From positions 1 to 28,168 of the forward strand of contig JAUXAE010000001.1 of the NCBI GenBank assembly GCA_030620035.1: DNA of 28,168 nucleotides, given 5' to 3'. The notes beneath the pieces are model-generated. The model saw only the letters and a list, made by a program, of their open reading frames with translations. It was not told the DNA's origin and made no database searches. A program made the translations under genes and the position numbers. Shown here in pieces: positions 1 to 8,377 of the stretch (positions within the stretch are counted from its first letter, which is position 1; every line of letters begins with the position of its first letter). This DNA is from Dehalococcoidales bacterium (lineage in GTDB: Bacteria; Chloroflexota; Dehalococcoidia; Dehalococcoidales; JAUXAE01).

Positions 1-2
1 CT

Positions 3-149
3 CAGCAGGGTGCAGCTGGCGCCGGCGGCACCGAACTTTTCCGCTTCAGGGCACTTAAAAAGGGTGAAGTCGAGATAACAATGGTCTATAAGCGACCGTG
101 GGAAGAAGAAAGCATTGATACTAAGGTATTTACGGTTAGTATAGATTAG
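3..149 (+). CDS. 3' end of a protease inhibitor I42 (chagasin) family protein, truncated by the window edge
   Basis: Frame from nt 3 reads QQGAAGAGGTELFRFRALKKGEVEITMVYKRPWEEESIDTKVFTVSID* (TAG 147-149). The GAGG...F.F.A...G...I...Y.RPWE pattern is characteristic of I42. Not in the ORF track. Confidence 0.8.
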   Translation, partial: QQGAAGAGGTELFRFRALKKGEVEITMVYKRPWEEESIDTKVFTVSID

Positions 150-666
150 AACCCTTCTTATTACTGGTGCTCGCCTCAAGGTCAAGAAGATACCGCTTCA
201 TCTCCACTCCCCCGCTGTAACCGCCGAGTTTGCCATCGCTTTTAACTACCCGATGGCAGGGAATGATTATCGGTAGCCGGTTTCGGGCCAGGGCCTGTCC
301 TACCGCCCGGGTCGCTTCGGGCCGGCCCAATGCTTGAGCCAGCCACTGGTAGCTCCGGGTCTCACCATAAGGAATGAGCCTTGTTGTCTGCCATACCTGG
401 CGCTGGAATTGGGTGGCCGCTGAGAGGTCAAGCTTATCGGTGAAGGCCACTTTATCGCCGTCAAGGTAGCCCCTGAGGCGGGCCGTCAAATCGTCAAAGT
501 GCTCAGGTGACCAGATGGCCTGTTTTGAGCCTAAAGCTAACAGCTTGATTGCCTGCTCGCTTGAATGCTGGGGTAGGGTAATAGCCAGCAACCCCCTGGC
601 CGAGCCTAAAATGCCCAGCCAGCCCATTTTGGTACTGAAGGTAGAGTATCTTAATTGGCTGACCAC
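136..666 (-). CDS. ogt: Methylated-DNA--protein-cysteine methyltransferase
   Basis: Active-site PCHRV motif, IPYGETRSY, RAVGQA and GGYSGG...K..LL..E. GTG start; TATAAT at 685-680. Confidence 0.95.
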   Translation of the reverse strand: MVSQLRYSTFSTKMGWLGILGSARGLLAITLPQHSSEQAIKLLALGSKQAIWSPEHFDDLTARLRGYLDGDKVAFTDKLDLSAATQFQRQVWQTTRLIPYGETRSYQWLAQALGRPEATRAVGQALARNRLPIIIPCHRVVKSDGKLGGYSGGVEMKRYLLDLEASTSNKKGSNLY

Positions 667-777
667 ACCCTTAAGACTGATTATATTTAGTTTCCCCTTC
701 TAAACTGGGTTAGGGGGCTTAATTTTGGACTTGAGCGGCTCTGGTAGCGGCCTGATAGTGGGCCTAGGCCTTTAAGG

Positions 778-1062
778 TCAGGAGCTTTGCTGGTGGCGGC
801 GCTGGATATAGGCGGCCACAAATATTAACATCACACCAAGAATAATACTGACTACTATCTTAAACAGTTGTGGCATATCCATACTCAGAAAGAACCCGTA
901 GGTAAAAATGCCGGTGACCACAGAAAGACCGTAGGCAATGTTATGGGCCTTAATCTGCTTTACTTTTAACTCCCCTTTTACCGCCCGGTAAATTAGCCAG
1001 CCAATGAAAGCCAAAAAAGCAGCCGTTATAGCTAGTGATATTAGTCCTAATACTATTTCCAT
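778..1062 (-). CDS. Small hypothetical membrane protein (94 aa, about 3 TM)
   Basis: ATG-started ORF with three hydrophobic stretches, co-oriented with its neighbours. No family recognised. Confidence 0.75.
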   Translation of the reverse strand: MEIVLGLISLAITAAFLAFIGWLIYRAVKGELKVKQIKAHNIAYGLSVVTGIFTYGFFLSMDMPQLFKIVVSIILGVMLIFVAAYIQRRHQQSS

Positions 1063-1066
1063 CTAG

Positions 1067-1243
1067 TTACCACCCCAGACCTTCAAAATATTTCCCCAGG
1101 AAGGCAAACATGGCTACCGTTAGTAGCAGTGAAATAAGCTTGCCTGCCTCGGAAAGATACCGCACATATTCTGCCGCCAGATAGCCGATGCCAGCCACAC
1201 TGAACAGAATTCCAAAACCATATAATATATATACCAGCCTCAT
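1067..1243 (-). CDS. Small hypothetical membrane protein (58 aa, 2 TM), absent from the ORF track
   Basis: ATG at 1243 preceded by AGGGAG; reads MRLVYILYGFGILFSVAGIGYLAAEYVRYLSEAGKLISLLLTVAMFAFLGKYFEGLGW* (TAA 1069-1067). Fills the gap between two co-oriented genes. Confidence 0.8.
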   Translation of the reverse strand: MRLVYILYGFGILFSVAGIGYLAAEYVRYLSEAGKLISLLLTVAMFAFLGKYFEGLGW

Positions 1244-1259
1244 AGGCTACTCCCTTTAA

Positions 1260-1757
1260 TTATCTTGCCGGAACCGGAAATTTGGGGGTGTAGTTAATAT
1301 AAAGGATTATCCTCTGTTCCAGTTCACCCCTCTTTATGATTACGGTATATTCGTAAGTCTGCTCTGGAGGAACCGGCTCCAGCTCCACGGTATCCACCAC
1401 CCATTCCAGCAGTCCACTATTAAAAGAAGCTATTTGAATCTGCTCAGATAGTAAATCGAGCACTTTCTGCTGGCTGCGCCACACTGAAACCTCAATATCA
1501 GCCGAGTAGCTTGAGAACTGGCGGTTGTCAACCTCGTAGCGGAAGAATACCTTTTCTCCCCAGTTGGTCCCCACTGACCACCAAATACCGTTGTCTTCTG
1601 ACCAGGAATCAGCCTCTATTTTCTGCTCCTGCTCTCCGGCAGTTATATAGACGGTGTCATAGATGCCCATATAGCCATCAAAAACAAATATGGCTACAAT
1701 ACCTAGCAAGCAGGCCAGGGCCAAATATAGGTATAGATTTTTTAGTCTGGCTACCAT
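1260..1757 (-). CDS. Hypothetical protein with N-terminal membrane anchor and beta-rich extracytoplasmic domain
   Basis: GGAG SD before the ATG; one N-terminal hydrophobic helix followed by an acidic beta-strand-like region. Confidence 0.75.
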   Translation of the reverse strand: MVARLKNLYLYLALACLLGIVAIFVFDGYMGIYDTVYITAGEQEQKIEADSWSEDNGIWWSVGTNWGEKVFFRYEVDNRQFSSYSADIEVSVWRSQQKVLDLLSEQIQIASFNSGLLEWVVDTVELEPVPPEQTYEYTVIIKRGELEQRIILYINYTPKFPVPAR

Positions 1758-1787
1758 ATATGGTTACTCCGATACCTTGTTGGAAGT

Positions 1788-2339
1788 TTACTCCTTATCA
1801 AGCTCAGGCTCAATCAGGCCGTAGTCGCCGTTCTTGCGCCGGTATAAAAGGCTAAGCCCCTGGCGGTCACTGCTGAAGAAGAGAAAGAAGTCGTGGCCCA
1901 GAAGCTCCATCTGTTCTATGGCCTCGTCTAGCAACATTGGCTTAATGGCAAACCGCTTGACCTTAACCACTCTATTGGCGACTGGTGGCGTGGCTGCCGG
2001 CTGGCCAGACCTGCCTCTGGCCGGTGAGTTGCCCCTCCCCTTATGATATAGCTTGCCTTTGTAGCGCCTGATTTGCCGGTCCATTATCTCGGCTACCTTA
2101 TCAATGGCCGTGAGCAGGTTTTCTCCCCTCTGCTCACCGCGCAGCAGGGTGCCGTTGCTATCTATGGTTAGCTGGGCGATGAAGCGATGCTGGGGCGACC
2201 TTGTCCTCTCCTCGGCTATTTCCAGCCTGGCCTCGGAAATACTGGCCAGATGGCGACCCAGCTTGCCCAGTTTGCCCTCAATGTGACGGCGTACCTGCGG
2301 TGATAGCTCTATATTCTTAGCGGTTATCTCAAGCTGCAT
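1788..2339 (-). CDS. hpf: Ribosome hibernation promoting factor, long form (RaiA/HPF plus S30AE C-terminal domain)
   Basis: MQLEITAKNIEL...IEGKLGKL, AIDKVAEIMDRQIRRYK, and C-terminal KPMLLDEAIEQMELLGHDFFLF...LYRRKNGDYGLIEP. AGGAG SD. Confidence 0.95.
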   Translation of the reverse strand: MQLEITAKNIELSPQVRRHIEGKLGKLGRHLASISEARLEIAEERTRSPQHRFIAQLTIDSNGTLLRGEQRGENLLTAIDKVAEIMDRQIRRYKGKLYHKGRGNSPARGRSGQPAATPPVANRVVKVKRFAIKPMLLDEAIEQMELLGHDFFLFFSSDRQGLSLLYRRKNGDYGLIEPELDKE

Positions 2340-2357
2340 CTTGGCTACTCCTGTTAA

Positions 2358-3065
2358 TTAGACTTCTCTGGCTAGGGTCAACCCCCAGACTGAGCTGGCA
2401 CCGGTAGCCTTTAAGGCGGCGGCACAGGCATCAAGGGTGGCCCCGGAGGTGGCGACATCATCTATCAGCAGTACCTGTTTGTCCCTTAGCCGGTCGTTAA
2501 GGCAGGCAAAGGCCTGGGCCACATTGGCCCGCCTCTGCGCCACGGTGGTTGTTTCCGCTTGTGGTGGCGCCGGCCGCTGTCTCAGAAGGCAATCGGTGAC
2601 CACGGGTAGCTCAGCCAGCCTACCCAGTTCCCGGGCCAGCAGCTGGGACTGGTTGTAACCCCGCTGCCTTAGGCGTTTCTGATGAAGCGGCACCGGCACC
2701 AGTACCTGGCCGGGTATCGGGTTGGCCGTCAGGTATTCATTTAATAGTCGGGCCAGCAGCCGGGCTATGGCCCTGAGGTTTCTGTATTTTAGCTGGTGGA
2801 TAGCCTGGCGCATTATCCCGTCAAAGCGGAACGGCGAGCGGATGCCATCTATCTCTGGCCGCTGGCTGGTACAGGCGGGACAGATTAAGCCGCTGGCTTG
2901 AGGGCTACTGCAGACGGGGCAAAACGGCCCTATCATTCTGGGTAACCGGCGCTGGCAGGAGGCGCAGATGTAAGCGCCCTCCCGGCCACAACCAAGGCAC
3001 CACTGCGGAAACAGGAGGTCAAGGGCTACCTCTTTAAGCCTGACCAACCGAGGAAGCGCGTTCAC
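2358..3065 (-). CDS. comF: ComF family protein (double zinc ribbon plus PRTase-like domain)
   Basis: LFPQWCLGC..CASC..CPVC..CPAC, VPVPLH..RLRQRGYNQS and LLIDDVATSGATL. Confidence 0.93.
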   Translation of the reverse strand: MNALPRLVRLKEVALDLLFPQWCLGCGREGAYICASCQRRLPRMIGPFCPVCSSPQASGLICPACTSQRPEIDGIRSPFRFDGIMRQAIHQLKYRNLRAIARLLARLLNEYLTANPIPGQVLVPVPLHQKRLRQRGYNQSQLLARELGRLAELPVVTDCLLRQRPAPPQAETTTVAQRRANVAQAFACLNDRLRDKQVLLIDDVATSGATLDACAAALKATGASSVWGLTLAREV

Positions 3066-3072
3066 TACCTGA

Positions 3073-3291
3073 CTAAAGCTGTTGGCGGGAGCGGCTGCTA
3101 TGCACCCCGCTCATAATGGGTTCGTTTAGATAGACATCACCGTTCCTGATCTTCAGGTTGAAGCCGCAATCAGGGTTGGTGCAAACCCAGGCCTTGTAGT
3201 GGATAGCCGCCCCTTGGCTGCCAAAATCGGATAGGGGCACCAGGTCGTCATCCTTGCACTTAAGGCATTTGGGAAAATTGAATTGTTCCAC
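3073..3291 (-). CDS. Small Cys4 zinc-finger-like hypothetical protein (about 72 aa)
   Basis: CLKC and CTNPDC. GGAGGT (3304-3299) positions the GTG at 3291 better than the track start at 3300. Confidence 0.8.
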   Translation of the reverse strand: MEQFNFPKCLKCKDDDLVPLSDFGSQGAAIHYKAWVCTNPDCGFNLKIRNGDVYLNEPIMSGVHSSRSRQQL

Positions 3292-3326
3292 TAGGACCAC
3301 CTCCCAACCAGAATTAGATTTTTAGC

Positions 3327-3355
3327 AGTATACATTAAACTGTGACCCTTGGCAA
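3327..3355 (-). promoter_or_regulatory. Sigma70-type promoter for the Zn-finger-comF-hpf unit
   Basis: TTGCCA (3355-3350), 17 bp, TATACT (3332-3327). Confidence 0.65.
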
Positions 3356-3359
3356 GGGC

Positions 3360-3947
3360 CTATTTCCCAGATTTTAGCTCTACGGAACCAATCTGGCTAT
3401 AGATGGCCCCCTGCCGGGTTAGCTGGCTCCTCATCAACTTGATGGCGGTGACCACAATGGGGTAACTTGAGGCAAACCGGGTGCTGATTATTAGCTGACC
3501 CAGGCTCTGCCGCTCGGCGGGCGATGCCTGTGGGCGCAGGCGGGCCAGGGTGAGATGGGGGCTAAACGGCCTTGTCTCAGGGACAAAACCCAGCCGGGCC
3601 AGGCTGGCTTCAAGCTGGGCCTGAAACCGGGCCAGCTTATCTACCTGGCCGCTTAGGCCCACCCAGGCTACCTGAGCCCGCCTGGGATTGGGGAAAACGC
3701 CTAGTCCCCCGATGGTCAGCTGGAAGGGTGGGATTCCCCGGGCGGCCTCATTCATCGCCCTGATTATGTCACCAGTTCTATCGGCGGCGATGTTGCCCAG
3801 GAACTTTAGAGTCAGGTGGATACCCTGGGGGTCGACCCACTTTACCCCACCCGGGTCAGCCGTTTTCAGCCTTGCCTGAAGCTCGGCCAGCTCCAGCTTT
3901 AGTGCCTCAGGCAGCTCAATGGCGATAAAAGAGCGTATTTGCTCCAT
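3360..3947 (-). CDS. thpR: RNA 2',3'-cyclic phosphodiesterase (2H family)
   Basis: RSFIAI, two HxT motifs (IHLTLKFLG, PHLTLAR) and C-terminal LMRSQL...GAIY. Confidence 0.95.
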   Translation of the reverse strand: MEQIRSFIAIELPEALKLELAELQARLKTADPGGVKWVDPQGIHLTLKFLGNIAADRTGDIIRAMNEAARGIPPFQLTIGGLGVFPNPRRAQVAWVGLSGQVDKLARFQAQLEASLARLGFVPETRPFSPHLTLARLRPQASPAERQSLGQLIISTRFASSYPIVVTAIKLMRSQLTRQGAIYSQIGSVELKSGK

Positions 3948-3962
3948 GGCCTTAATTTTTGG

Positions 3963-4802
3963 CTAGATACCCAGCAGCCCCTGGGCATTGCCGCCCAGGA
4001 TGAGGCCCTTTGCCTCCTCGGCTAGGTCAAGGGAGGTAACCTCCTTGAGCGAGCGGCCCTGTTCCAGCAGCGGAAAGTCGCTGCCGAAGAGAATCCTGTC
4101 GCTACCGATAAGCTGGATGACCTGGTTATATATCTGGGGACTGTAGAGAAGGGGCGAGGCCGCGGTGTCAAAATATACATTTTTTAGTGCCCTCTTTACC
4201 TCGGGCATCAGGGCGTAGAAGGGCAGGCCGCCGCCCCAGTGGGCCAAGACTATGGTTAGCTCTGGGTAGCTAGTAATAAAGGGGTAGAGCATATCCGGGG
4301 TCACCATCCCCTTGCCCGGGTAGTTATCGCCCACCGGCTCCGAGGCATGGCTGAGCAGAATGAGCTTATGCTTCCTTATTGTCTCAACGAAAGGCCTTAC
4401 TACTTCATCATCCACCAGGTTGAATAGCTGGATATCCGGCCTCAGTTCGCCAATACCCTTCATCCCGCCTTGGGCACAGCGTTCTATCTCAGCCAGGGCG
4501 GCTTCACAGGACAGCGGCTGGACGCTGCCAAAGCCTATCAGACGGTCGGGGTAGCGGGCTATGGACTCCAGGATATAGTCGTTGGTTTCCAGGCACAGCT
4601 CATGGGTTGTCCAGCCAATATTCAGGATGACCGAGATGTCTACCCCGTTCTTGTCCATGCTGGCAATAAGCTCATCGGCAGTGGCCAGTTTGGCCTCCTT
4701 CTTGGAGTAGAGGATGGCAAAGCAGGGGTCGCTCTCAATGTATCTACTGCGGTTTTTTACTATCTGCGGGGGAAAGACATGGCTGTGAAAATCAATTATC
4801 AT
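3963..4802 (-). CDS. Amidohydrolase_2 family metal-dependent hydrolase
   Basis: MIIDFHSH start, GIGEL, LAHWGGG, YFDTAASP and ILFGSDFP. Start moved to the ATG at 4802 (track start 4838). Confidence 0.9.
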   Translation of the reverse strand: MIIDFHSHVFPPQIVKNRSRYIESDPCFAILYSKKEAKLATADELIASMDKNGVDISVILNIGWTTHELCLETNDYILESIARYPDRLIGFGSVQPLSCEAALAEIERCAQGGMKGIGELRPDIQLFNLVDDEVVRPFVETIRKHKLILLSHASEPVGDNYPGKGMVTPDMLYPFITSYPELTIVLAHWGGGLPFYALMPEVKRALKNVYFDTAASPLLYSPQIYNQVIQLIGSDRILFGSDFPLLEQGRSLKEVTSLDLAEEAKGLILGGNAQGLLGI

Positions 4803-4808
4803 CACCCG

Positions 4809-4838
4809 ATTATAACAGGAGGCCTTGGGTAACTTCAA
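4809..4838 (-). promoter_or_regulatory. Extended -10 promoter placing +1 on the amidohydrolase ATG
   Basis: TTGAAG (4838-4833), 18 bp, TGtTATAAT (-10 at 4814-4809). ATG begins at 4802; no SD. Confidence 0.65.
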
Positions 4839-4850
4839 CCAGTCGTCGGT

Positions 4851-6065
4851 CTATGCCTGTCTTACCAGCCTGATAATCTCGCCCAGCTTGGGCGTCTTGC
4901 CGTACATCAGCAGGAAGGTTCTGAATACTTTGGCCACCAGCCACAGCGAGCCAACAATGGCCGCTACCAGCAGGGCCATGCTTAAGGCCAGCTGCCAGGC
5001 GGGGATTTCTGATATGCCCATCCTCATAATTACGGTTATCGGGGCGGAGAAAGGGAACAGGGTGAGAATTTGACTGATGATATGTTGGGGATTTTCTATT
5101 ATGAAATAGATGGCATAGAAGGGCAGCGCCGCCGGCAGGATAATAACCATTGACAGCTGCTGGCTCTCCCGGGCGGTGGCGCCGATGGCGCCCATGCCGG
5201 CCATCAGGACACCAAAGAGCAGATAACCCAGCAGGAAATACACCAGGCTTAGTATCACAAAGCTGGGCGATATTTCTATAGTACCTATGGCCTCGCTGAT
5301 GCCGGTGGGCAGAAGTTCAATCAGCAGCCTGGCCGAGAGCAGCCAGAAGACCATCTGCATCAATCCGGCGGCTCCCAGGCCCAGCACCTTGCCCGTGATT
5401 AGCTGCCGCGCCGAGACGGAGGAGAGCAGGATTTCCATAATCCGGTTCTCCTTCTCTTCGCCCAGTCCCTGGAGTACGAAGCCGGATGAGGTAAAGATGG
5501 CCATCAGAAGCAGAATGCTGAAGAGGTAGGGCAGGATGAGAGTGCCAGGGCCACCCTCCTCGTCGGTCGGCTGACCGCTCTCGTCCAGCACGGTGTTATA
5601 AAGCGCCAAGGGGAACTTGACCCTGTTGGTAATCTCCTCAGTGGTCTGCCCTTCAAGAAGGTTGCTCTGTAAAAAGTCCCTGATGGCGGTGATGGTCTTA
5701 TCCGGTGGCTTCAGCTCCCGCTCAAGGGTGAACCTGTAAATGGTGCCGCTGGTGACGTAGTCCGGAGGGATAACGAAATATTCACTGACCTCGTCATCAA
5801 GCAGGGCATCGGTGGCTTCTTCCGCCGTGGCAAACGGCGTCAGCTCAACCTGGTACTGCTCCCTGTAGCCGTCAAAGATGCCCACCTCATCCACATAGCC
5901 GATGCTTACCGCTTCGGCCGGTGGCGTCTCAACACCCTGGATAATCTGAAAGACACCGATGCCCAGCAGGCCCAGCACCGGGAAGGCGAGGGTCATTATG
6001 ATAAACGACTTCCTTTTCAGCGTCTGCAGGAACTCGTGTTTCAGTATCAGGACTGTCTTGTTCAT
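4851..6065 (-). CDS. ABC-2 type exporter permease (NatB/YhaP-like)
   Basis: N-terminal TM, large extracytoplasmic domain, EEKENRIMEILLSSVS..QLITGK motif and several C-terminal TMs. Overlaps the ATPase stop by 4 nt. Confidence 0.9.
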   Translation of the reverse strand: MNKTVLILKHEFLQTLKRKSFIIMTLAFPVLGLLGIGVFQIIQGVETPPAEAVSIGYVDEVGIFDGYREQYQVELTPFATAEEATDALLDDEVSEYFVIPPDYVTSGTIYRFTLERELKPPDKTITAIRDFLQSNLLEGQTTEEITNRVKFPLALYNTVLDESGQPTDEEGGPGTLILPYLFSILLLMAIFTSSGFVLQGLGEEKENRIMEILLSSVSARQLITGKVLGLGAAGLMQMVFWLLSARLLIELLPTGISEAIGTIEISPSFVILSLVYFLLGYLLFGVLMAGMGAIGATARESQQLSMVIILPAALPFYAIYFIIENPQHIISQILTLFPFSAPITVIMRMGISEIPAWQLALSMALLVAAIVGSLWLVAKVFRTFLLMYGKTPKLGEIIRLVRQA

Positions 6066-6973
6066 TGTTTCTTGGCGGCCACCTGAATGAATATCTCATT
6101 AAGGGAGGGGGTGGATACCTCAAAGCGGTTAAGGCTGCCTCCCCGGCTGACTAGCTGCTTGAGAACCTGCTGGGGTGTTGCCTCCCCATCCAGGAACAGC
6201 TCCGTGTACTGGCCGTAGTCCTTTATATCCACGACCCCGGCCAGCTCGCCCAGTTCTCCGTCAAACTCTACGAAGACAGAATTATTCCGGTATTTTGTTT
6301 TAATCTCGGTCAGCTTGCCGTAGAGGACGCTGCGTCCCACATCAATCATCAGTACCCGGTCACAGAGCACCTCAACCTCATTCATGCGGTGAGTGCTCAG
6401 GATAATGGCCTTGCCCTGACTCCTTAATTCAAGGATAATCTCCTTAAGCAGTTCGGTGTTAACCGGGTCCAGCCCGGCGAAAGGCTCATCCAGAATGACC
6501 AGCCGGGGGTCATGGATTATGGTAACCAGGAACTGGATGAGCTGGCCCATGCCGCGGCTGAGCTCCTCTATCTTCTTGTTCTTGTGGGGCAGCATGTCAA
6601 TCCGCTTCAGCAGCTCTTCAGCCCTGCTTTGAGCCCGATGGGCCGGGATGCCCTTTAATGAGGCCAGGTAGACGAGGGAGTGAAGTACGGTTATTTTTTT
6701 GTAGAGCCCTCTCTCCTCAGGGAGGTAGCCAATCCCGTTTTTGGCGGCCTCATTTAGGTGTTCTCCCAGGATGTTTATCTCCCCTGAGTCAGGCTTGATG
6801 ATGTCCATCATCATCCGGATGGTGGTTGTCTTACCGGCCCCATTGGGGCCGATTAGGCCAAATATCTCACCTTGGGCCACGGTGAACGAAACATCGTTAA
6901 CGACACGGCGTTTACCATAGATTTTGACGACGCTCTTGACCTCAACTGCGGGTGTAAAGTCCAGATCCTTCAT
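6062..6973 (-). CDS. ABC-2 exporter ATP-binding protein
   Basis: Walker A GPNGAGKT, signature LSRGM, Walker B VILDEP and H-loop STH. Confidence 0.95.
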   Translation of the reverse strand: MKDLDFTPAVEVKSVVKIYGKRRVVNDVSFTVAQGEIFGLIGPNGAGKTTTIRMMMDIIKPDSGEINILGEHLNEAAKNGIGYLPEERGLYKKITVLHSLVYLASLKGIPAHRAQSRAEELLKRIDMLPHKNKKIEELSRGMGQLIQFLVTIIHDPRLVILDEPFAGLDPVNTELLKEIILELRSQGKAIILSTHRMNEVEVLCDRVLMIDVGRSVLYGKLTEIKTKYRNNSVFVEFDGELGELAGVVDIKDYGQYTELFLDGEATPQQVLKQLVSRGGSLNRFEVSTPSLNEIFIQVAAKKQ

Positions 6974-6990
6974 GGTTAATAGCTTATTTT

Positions 6991-7653
6991 TTAGGATGAA
7001 GTCGGCTCGGCTTCTTCTTCAGTGGGAGCCTCAGCCTCTACCGCCTTAGCCGCCTCGGCCTCCTCAACCGCTACCTCTTCCTCTATCCTGGCTGCGGCCA
7101 CCTCAGTGACCTTAACCACCGGCTGGTCAGGCTCGGTGGTAACGGTAACCTCGGGGTCAAGGGCAATGTCGCTGACATGGATTGTCTGCCCCATCGCCTC
7201 TAGCTGGCTCAAGTCAACCTCTATCTGGGGTGGCAGCTTATCGGGCAGGCACTCAACACCTAGGTGGTTCAGGAGTTGGGTCACAATGTGCCCCTTTTCC
7301 TTCAGGGCCGGGGCCTGGCCAACAAAGACGATGGGAATATCGGCCGTCATCCTCTCCTTCATACTTACCCGATAGAAGTCAACATGAAGCAGCCGGCCAC
7401 TTAGGGGGTCTCTCTGGATTTCACGGATGAATACCATCTTGGGTTGCTTATCGGCTTCAATCTGAAGATTGATGAGCCGGGTCATACCTGCCTGGGCGAT
7501 AATGTACTCAAGCTTGCCAGTTGGGCCCTGCAGGGCCAGTGATTTGATATTGTGGCCAAAGAGATGGCTGGGGGTAATGCCCTGCCGCCGTAGAAATCGG
7601 GTCTTCTTGCCCAGTATATCTCTCTTGGTCAACTTTAGACTTAAATCTGCCAT
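6991..7653 (-). CDS. rplY: 50S ribosomal protein L25, Ctc/TL5 long form
   Basis: R..LGK..RFLRRQG..P..LFG, IQRDPL...LLHVDF, ECLPDKLP..IEVDLS.L...I.V.DI and an acidic tail. AGGAGG SD. Confidence 0.95.
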   Translation of the reverse strand: MADLSLKLTKRDILGKKTRFLRRQGITPSHLFGHNIKSLALQGPTGKLEYIIAQAGMTRLINLQIEADKQPKMVFIREIQRDPLSGRLLHVDFYRVSMKERMTADIPIVFVGQAPALKEKGHIVTQLLNHLGVECLPDKLPPQIEVDLSQLEAMGQTIHVSDIALDPEVTVTTEPDQPVVKVTEVAAARIEEEVAVEEAEAAKAVEAEAPTEEEAEPTSS

Positions 7654-7754
7654 CTATCCCTCCTACAGCTAGTTATTTAAGCAGAGGCGGCGCCAAAAAT
7701 CAATCTGGCTGGAACTAAATAGACGCCCGACAAAAAATAAAGTAGCCAGGCTAA

Positions 7755-7806
7755 CCCCTTGACAAAATACCTGACTTGTCAACACTGTGTCAACACATAT
7801 GTCTAG
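7755..7806 (+). repeat. Copy A of a 52-bp promoter/operator-like element; copy B is at 10323-10374
   Basis: CCCCTTGACAA-N22-TGTCAAcACaTATGTCtAG versus CCCCTTGACAA-N22-TGTCAAaACcTATGTCcAG: 11/11 and 16/19 identical blocks with the same spacing. Confidence 0.7.
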
Positions 7807-7813
7807 TGGCTGA

Positions 7814-8230
7814 CTAGATGAGCCCCCAGTCCCGGTAGCCCTGCTGGATAAGGGACAGGTATTGCGGTGCCGGCTTTGTTTCTTCTGACTGGCTGGCTCT
7901 GATATAGGTAAAGGCCGCTACCGGGTCACCGGTCTCGGTATTTACAATAACCCTTATCCGGTTAAAGGTCTCAGGATAACCCTCGTATTTGTCCAGCCGC
8001 CTCAGGTCATTCTCTGGGACATCATAGATAGCCCCCAGAACCTTCTCCCCGCGCTGTGGCTTGATACTGGCCGTGCCCCCGCGCCAGGCCCTAGACCAGC
8101 CAGCAAATATCAGCTTATAGTGGTTAAGGCTGGCGGTAAAGGCGGGCTTACTATCGGGGCAGCGTTCTCGCATCTGCTGGCGGTTGAGATTAGAGCCATA
8201 GGCAAAGTAATACATTTCTCTTCCTTCCAT
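7814..8230 (-). CDS. Gamma-glutamylcyclotransferase family protein
   Basis: YFAYGSNL...M..RCP, GAIY, LDKYEGY and P...YL..I..G. Start may be the ATG at 8215 (GGAAGG upstream). Confidence 0.9.
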   Translation of the reverse strand: MEGREMYYFAYGSNLNRQQMRERCPDSKPAFTASLNHYKLIFAGWSRAWRGGTASIKPQRGEKVLGAIYDVPENDLRRLDKYEGYPETFNRIRVIVNTETGDPVAAFTYIRASQSEETKPAPQYLSLIQQGYRDWGLI

Positions 8231-8297
8231 AGAGTTGGTGTTTAATTATAAACCCTTCCAGTCAATGTAGCCAGCCCCTTTTGGGTACCGGGCAGAT

Positions 8298-8327
8298 TTG
8301 ACAATAGGGCCTCAGGATGTTTATAGT
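8298..8327 (+). promoter_or_regulatory. Sigma70-type promoter for 8378-9358
   Basis: TTGACA (8298-8303), 18 bp, TATAGT (8322-8327). Confidence 0.55.
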
Positions 8328-8377
8328 GGCATTGGCTAAAAACTCCGACTGGAGGTGGTATCAAAGGGTCTACCGAG

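Noticed and set aside
6500-6560. ABC signature LSRGM instead of LSGGQ suggesting an inactive ATPase
   Set aside because: LS(K/R)G(M/N) is the usual variant in this ABC-2 exporter subfamily; Walker A, Walker B and the H-loop are intact.
8298-8307. TTGACAATAG shared with the HTH promoter (10327-10336) as a third operator copy
   Set aside because: Six of the ten bases are simply the -35 consensus, and the downstream TGTCAA...TATGTC block is absent.
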